A DNA stretch of 25,177 nt. Source: Zygophlyctis sp. KS116 (lineage: Eukaryota; Fungi; Chytridiomycota). The stretch's first letter is position 1. Each line of letters starts with the position of its first letter. Location: contig BAAFSQ010000139.1 of assembly GCA_054661495.1 (NCBI GenBank), forward strand, positions 1-25,177. The letters run 5' to 3'. The notes below the pieces were generated by a model. The model was not told where the DNA came from, made no database searches, and saw nothing but the letters and a program-made list of their open reading frames with translations. Shown here piece by piece: positions 19,701 to 25,177 of the stretch. Both the position numbers and the translations under genes were made by a program.

Positions 19701-22687
19701 CAAGATTTAAGAAATGAATATGTTCGTATATTAAATGAAAGTGAAAGATACACAAGTCAAAAGAAAATTCCTAAATTGGTATTTTCAGTCGATCCTTCCC
19801 TTAAGGATGATATAGATAAAGAAACATCTGTAAAGATGGAAGTCATCAAGAAAGAATTGGCTTGGATATCAGCAAAAGAGCAGCTTGCAAAAGATAAGCT
19901 ACAAAAAAAGTTTCTAGACTATATAAGTACTGAAAGAATCGAGGTGAATGCTTTCAAGGTAAGCCTTTATATGAATTAATTTTTGAAGACTGACCAAAGA
20001 GTGTCAACTTTCAGAACACGACATCTGCCATTGAAACAAGAATCATTCAGTGCACATACTGAATTTAATAATTCAAAACAAAAATGTTCGACATCTCCAA
20101 GCCGTTCCAACTCAGTGGGAACGCAAGGAGACTCACGAAAATCATTTAAAAGATCTTCAATCATGTCAAACGGAGCATCCAAAAGGCGAATATCATCTAT
20201 GTCTAATGCTGCAAACAAACTTGATGAACGGAAAGCACAAAGAAATGAAAGAATGAGCGTTTTTAAAGATTTGATGAAAAACAAGCCAGACAATAAATAT
20301 GAAGACCCGAGGGATGTAGCCGCCATTAACTATGCTCATAATAATATGGGGGATTATAAGTTAAAAACTAACGAAGACTATATTGTGCCAGAAAATGAAA
20401 GAATTGACACAGATAAAAAAAAGCGTCAGATTACTCTTCTTACCGAAGGGGCACATATGCTAAAACAGGTAGAAAATAATGAATTCATTCTTAGCAATTC
20501 AATTATCAAGTCTTGAAAGTTCGAGATTTCAAACGCACATTGATTGACTCGATAAATGTTAAAAATGGAAAAATTAGAGAAATTAATCAAGAGTTGGGGA
20601 TTGTAGATGATCCAGTTTGGTCCCCGGTCATGTCTGTAAGAAATATATGCTATTAACATTTTTAGAATGAATGCTATCCTGAACAGCGGAACATAATAAC
20701 CGAGAATGATTTGATACAATTAAAAAATGAGGATGCTCTCAATTCAGTCCGTAAGGCTGATGATGGAATGGGATTCGGGAATGGAATGGATTCCTCGCCA
20801 AAACATTCTGCTGATGCTCCAATTTCTGAGCTAACTCCCTCTACAACCAATCCTGCAATTCCCGTATCAATCCCTGCTGCGCAGAATTCTCAGGATGAAT
20901 TAAGATCGCCACTTGAAAGGAAAGAGATTGAATTTAAAAATCGAGAGCTTAGTTATCAAAAGAAAAAGCTTCTTAAAGTAATTATCTTCTATTAATGTAT
21001 TAGTCTATTGAAGATGATGTTAACATGTTTGACGAAGTTTTGGAGCAAATTTACAAGGAAAAATCAATATTAGAAGCAGGTATTTGATTATGAATGATAT
21101 TTTAGATCTAAAATTTGCAGACATCAAGCTTTTAGTACTTTATAAAGAATGGATCCTTCTCAAAGAGTTTGAAAAGTTTGACAATGCGTTGGCGCAAAAA
21201 CTGCAAGGAAAGCAAAATGAGCAGCTTGAAATAACAGAAAAGGTTTATTTCATCTGAATAAAGTTTTTAGATTCAGGATTGTCAGGATAAACTGAACCAG
21301 AAAAAGATTTCGATGGAGGCAATAGTTAGTCGTGAAAAAGATATACAAGCCGAGTTTTTGGCTTTAGCAGAAATGGGAAACAAGCATGAAAGCTATTTGA
21401 ATAAAGTTTTTAAGCGAAAAGTGAAAAGAACAAAGGTACGTGTAAATTTCCCCCTAAAAAAAGAAAAAGGTGAAAACGGACGATCAAGTTGATGACACTG
21501 AAGATAGTGAAGATAGCTTTGATGAGGATTTCGATAGTAATGATGAGGATGAAACAGAGGAAGCTTATGAAGAGAAATGTCCAGCTGATTTTGATCAAAA
21601 TTTATGGGAAAGAATATTAGACTTGAGGTATCAAAAGCTTGATGAAGAGGAAAAGATTACAGAAATACAAAAAGCTGTAGATGTAAGTTTTGTATTTTTG
21701 ACATAAGCTGTTGAAAAAAGAGAATGATGCACTCTTAAAGAAGGAAAAAATTATTGATGCTGCCTTAAAAAATACAGAAAATGAAATCCAGGATTTCCAA
21801 ACTCAAAAACAAAGAAAGCTAAATGAATTGAATGTTGTTGTTCCCTTGCGGCTGCATCAAATACAAAATTTGGTAAAGAATCAGATTCCTTCAGATTTTT
21901 CTTCATCATTAGTATTTTCTAATGATGGACTTATTAAGCTTAAAGCCAGAATAAAGGAAATTGAGCAGGTATTGAAAATATAAATATTAATATTAGGAAC
22001 GTATCAATGTCAAAAAGCAGCATAAGGGACTACGATTGAGTCATGTAACACTGAACAATAGTAAAAAGGAAAAACAAGAAAAGGTAAACAAACACATTTA
22101 AAACTATAGCTGTCTGGATTAAATAATAAGGCTCATGAAATTCAAATGTTGAAGTTTGGAAGACTTGTTGATCTAGAGAAACTGGAGAAAATTGGCATAA
22201 ATAGGAGCGCAGATGAATTTAGAGAGAAAATGGCCAGAGAAGAGTCAAAACGGTTAAAAGAAGCATTCAAGATTGATGTAATTCCTGTTTATATTTACTC
22301 AAGGCTCAAATTTCTTTACTTAAACAAGAATTAACTGGCCTTATCAAGGAAAATACTACTAGATTAGAAGCTCTTGGAGATTTAACGGAATCTAAGAAGC
22401 GATTAGAAGATGCATTAAATTATACTCAATCTAACGTTGCTGCTGAATATTCTGGCCCTCACAAAAAAGACGCTTTAGAGCATAATCGTCTCATTCAGCT
22501 TGTACAAACCCAAAGTGCTGAAATTGAAGAGCTCAAGAAAGAAATTGAATTGCTTATACGGAAACCAACTGATTCATCACGACTGCCATTCAAACGACCT
22601 AAAGCAAGATCCGCAGCTCCTGCGATTGATAATCTTAATGCACCGATGGATTTGTTAGATTCTCAAGTGCATGTTGAAAATATTTAA
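16749..22687 (+). CDS. CFAP44: Cilia- and flagella-associated protein 44 (WDR52); WD40 repeats plus coiled coils (about 1825 aa, 18 exons)
   Basis: 17 introns start at 16780, 17219, 17864, 18168, 19481, 19651, 19959, 20469, 20636, 20978, 21080, 21243, 21436, 21683, 21969, 22084 and 22278 (24-32 nt each) and give one frame. Diagnostic motifs: IFEYPSLKVYRILRNG, TIWNWKQE...KAFSQD, TTSGMGHIKFW...TFTGLKLQG..GKFG, LPDGKVLS, MGDYKLKT, FQTQKQRKLNEL, MLKFGRLVDLEKLE. An in-frame upstream ATG exists at 16701. Confidence 0.93.
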
Positions 22688-22751
22688 CATTGATATAATT
22701 GTTGTTTGAGCGCTAAAGTCCATTCTTCTGGTTGCCACGAACCTAGATCCA

Positions 22752-24513
22752 ATGAAATCGTTTGAGGAACTAAAGACTTGCATTAAACAAAAGGCTTTTG
22801 ATGATCTGCCAGGGGTATATCCGATCTGTTAATGTTTATAGGTTTTACTAGAGATGATGGCTGAAAATCGGGACTTGATGATTGCTACAAGAGGAATTAA
22901 GAGGAATTTGGAAGGATTTAAAAAGGAATTGGATGCAAAACAGCTAATCTATACAAATTTACAGTATGAAAAAGTATATTATCAGGGGGAAATAGCTGCT
23001 GTTGAAGCGTATGAATCAATCTATCAAAATATTCCCTTGATACCAAAAGAAGAATATCTAGCGTCGCATACCGATGCCAGCAAAGACGATCACTCGCTTA
23101 CTTTGGATAGATTGAATTTTGAATTGACTGAACGGAAGAGGTTGGTGTCATTGGTACAGGAATTGACGACTGTAAAGGAGAAGTTGGAAAAAATTAATGC
23201 AATTAAGCAGCAGGAACTAAAAAAGATGGATACTGATTTTGATTCTTTAATCACAGTAAGCAAGATATTGCATAATGATTAGTATACGATGCCTCTTCAG
23301 GAACAACTTGGAAGTAGGTTAACTAAAAGGCGAAGAGAAGATGTTCAGGCTAGTTTTTTGCCCGAATGCTTAATTGGAATTTATGAAAAAATACAAGAAT
23401 ATAACACTGGAGGTGAATATTTTTAATTTAATTTTATAGATCATAAAATAGAATGGGAAATAACTGGTGATAAGGATTCGGCTAAATCCTGGAAGCCTCA
23501 ACTTATAGAGTATAGTTTGAATACAGATACAAGACTTAATGAGATAATAACTTCTGGGCAATCTATTGAAGAGGATGAAACAGTAGCCAAATCTACCCGT
23601 TACTCGTCTAAAACTACAAATTTCTATTCTAGGCACCCCTTAGAATTGATTATGAAACTTGAACAAAAGAATTTGGCTATTTTAAAACTTTCATGGGTTT
23701 ATTTTGATAAGTTGGATGTCATTGGAGTTAGTTTATCTGGAGAGAAAAATGCCTCTTTACAGGATTTGCCTCCAAGTTTTGTACTTTGTGATTTGTTTTC
23801 AAAAGAAGATGACGGATCTAGTTTTCCTTACCAGGATCGTATTATTGAAGGGTAATTAGTTAACATTTTTTTAATTCGTAGATTTTCATTTGATTTTAAA
23901 GGATTTGGTATTTCACGACCTTTTGTTTGGGCTCAAGAATTTTGTGGAATCTTGACTACCCCTGCTCCATCATCGATACAGGATATTATTTCGGCCATAT
24001 CTAGAAGATGGGAATCTTTAAAGCTTTTGGACATGTGCATTGACAATTTGAAGCAAGGAAAACTTGTACCGGCTGATTTAGATCTTTTTGGAGGATCTGT
24101 CACTTCTTTTAAGTTGGCTCCTGATGCGGTAATATATAATCTGACTAATTATAGACAAAGATATTAAATAAAAGGGTTTTTCTTATCTCTCTGTCATTAG
24201 CTGGAAATAATCATGAATTTTGCATTGAAATTTCCGCCTCTTACCCACAAAATTCTCCAGTTTGGACTTGTGTTGAAGGCGAAACATCAGATCCAGCAAA
24301 CGAAAAAAAGAAAAATATGTCAGCAAAACTTCAGGTATCTTGAAATTTCATAATATATAGGAAGAAACAGTTTTATTGAGTAAAATCGTTCATCAACCGG
24401 AGCCCTGCTACACATTATGTTTGCAAGTATCGAAAATTTTGCAATTTTTACAATTAATTTCATCTAACAATACAGACACTGAAATGATCCACGAAGAAGT
24501 TGCCGATCGATGA
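22752..24513 (+). CDS. THOC5: THO complex subunit 5 (FMIP) homolog (532 aa, 7 exons)
   Basis: Introns 22815-22841, 23256-23282, 23413-23439, 23852-23881, 24129-24154 and 24335-24360. Motifs L..NLQYEK.Y...EI, IPLIPKEEY, H.LTLDRLNFELTERKRL, HPL.L, LF..DDGSSFP, RPFVWAQEFCG and I...YP..SP. Confidence 0.85.
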
Positions 24514-24635
24514 TTGTTTAAAAGATTGTATAGATTGCAAGCCAGCAACGAACAGACGCGAGACACGAAAAATTTGCTGGCGTTTCAGTTCAGTTTGAAA
24601 CGGAAAAAATTCTACTGTTTTGGAGTCTTCTAAAA

Positions 24636-25177
24636 ATGAATAAATCAGGCTTGTTATCATCATTAGTTTGGATGTCATTAGTCCCACACTTATTTGCATT
24701 TTGTGATCAGACTGGGCGATTCTGCGTTTATGGAACAACCAGTGAATCAGGGCATAACGTTTTGACGATTCATTCCGCTGCTACAGGCTGGGCAGCAATA
24801 GGAATCGGATCTTCAATGACAAGCTGTACAGAAATGTATCTGATTTGGAAAAACTCTAAAGGAGAACTGATTCTCTCTCCCAGAAACTCATCGTCTCAAG
24901 CGATGCCAATCTATAATCACGTTTCAAGATCTTATTTAACAGATCTTCAATACCAGGCTCCAACCTGGGCAACTCTTGCCGCCTCAATTGTATCTCCGTA
25001 CAGATTGGATAAAAATACACTGCTGATTTATGCATTATCAAACGAGCTAGTTGTGTCACCCGAAATCAAAAATTCAAACTTTAATCAACATGACTCTCAT
25101 GGACAAATTACTGGTATTGATTACCCACAATCAAAGGTAAATTCGATCAAGGCTGTTTCTAAAGCTGAGACATTACC
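24636..25177 (+). CDS. Secreted DOMON / cellobiose-dehydrogenase-type cytochrome b domain protein (AA8-like), truncated by window end
   Basis: Not in the ORF track because it has no stop in the window. It reads MNKSGLLSSLVWMSLVPHLFA-FCDQTGRFCVYG...TIHSAATGWAAIGIGSSM...LSPRNSSSQAMP...IYALS...FNQHDSHG. This gives a signal peptide, GW.A.G.GSSM (heme Met) and QH (heme His). Confidence 0.8.
   Translation, partial: MNKSGLLSSLVWMSLVPHLFAFCDQTGRFCVYGTTSESGHNVLTIHSAATGWAAIGIGSSMTSCTEMYLIWKNSKGELILSPRNSSSQAMPIYNHVSRSYLTDLQYQAPTWATLAASIVSPYRLDKNTLLIYALSNELVVSPEIKNSNFNQHDSHGQITGIDYPQSKVNSIKAVSKAETL

Noticed and set aside
21479-21570. GAT/GAA-rich low-complexity tract
   Set aside because: It encodes an acidic D/E stretch within a CFAP44 exon and is not an independent repeat element.
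22731-22743. RFX X-box-like GTTGCCACGAACC
   Set aside because: Only one half-site matches, and it lies upstream of THOC5 rather than a ciliary gene.
11170-25059. Other shadow ORFs (for example 11170-11472, 11483-11776, 12401-12601, 19037-19234, 19976-20326, 20426-20719, 21410-21598, 23370-23636, 24460-24738, 24856-25059)
   Set aside because: They overlap conserved exons on the opposite strand or frame and have no independent support.
1-25177. Fragmented ORFs read as pseudogenes, frameshifts or a non-standard genetic code
   Set aside because: Every break is bridged by a GT-AG intron that restores frame and conserved motifs under the standard code, and the spliced lengths are plausible (for example CFAP44 at about 1825 aa).
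1-25177. Prokaryotic operon, CRISPR array, tRNA/rRNA or transposon
   Set aside because: Gene content and introns are eukaryotic. I saw no repeat-spacer array, structural RNA signature, transposase/RT motif or terminal repeats.

Overview
AT-rich, extremely gene-dense eukaryotic DNA, most likely from a zoosporic (chytrid-like) fungus. That assignment is inferred from flagellar genes sitting next to fungal-type AA5, AA8 and Pfa4 genes. The ORF track looks fragmented because the genes are split by tiny GT-AG introns. I reconstructed 49 by hand: 48 are 23-32 nt and one is 61 nt. After splicing, 13 genes tile the window: an unknown membrane protein, a divergent SKP1, a Tubby-domain protein, three tandem AA5_1 copper-radical (glyoxal oxidase-like) oxidases, a meiotic-clade AAA ATPase, a Pfa4-like DHHC palmitoyltransferase, a coiled-coil hypothetical, the head-to-head ciliary pair CFAP20DC/CFAP44, THOC5 and a truncated DOMON/CDH-cytochrome gene. 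The main observations are: (1) exons missed by the ORF track give the Tubby protein an N-terminal Sld2/RecQ4-like domain and a cluster of full CDK sites; (2) two of the three oxidases keep all catalytic ligands and the C-terminal anchor but have no signal peptide; (3) the single long intron contains a hairpin that buries a 3' splice site located at the normal distance; (4) introns are ultrashort and intergenic spacers are near zero or negative. All gene models are manual and lack transcript support.
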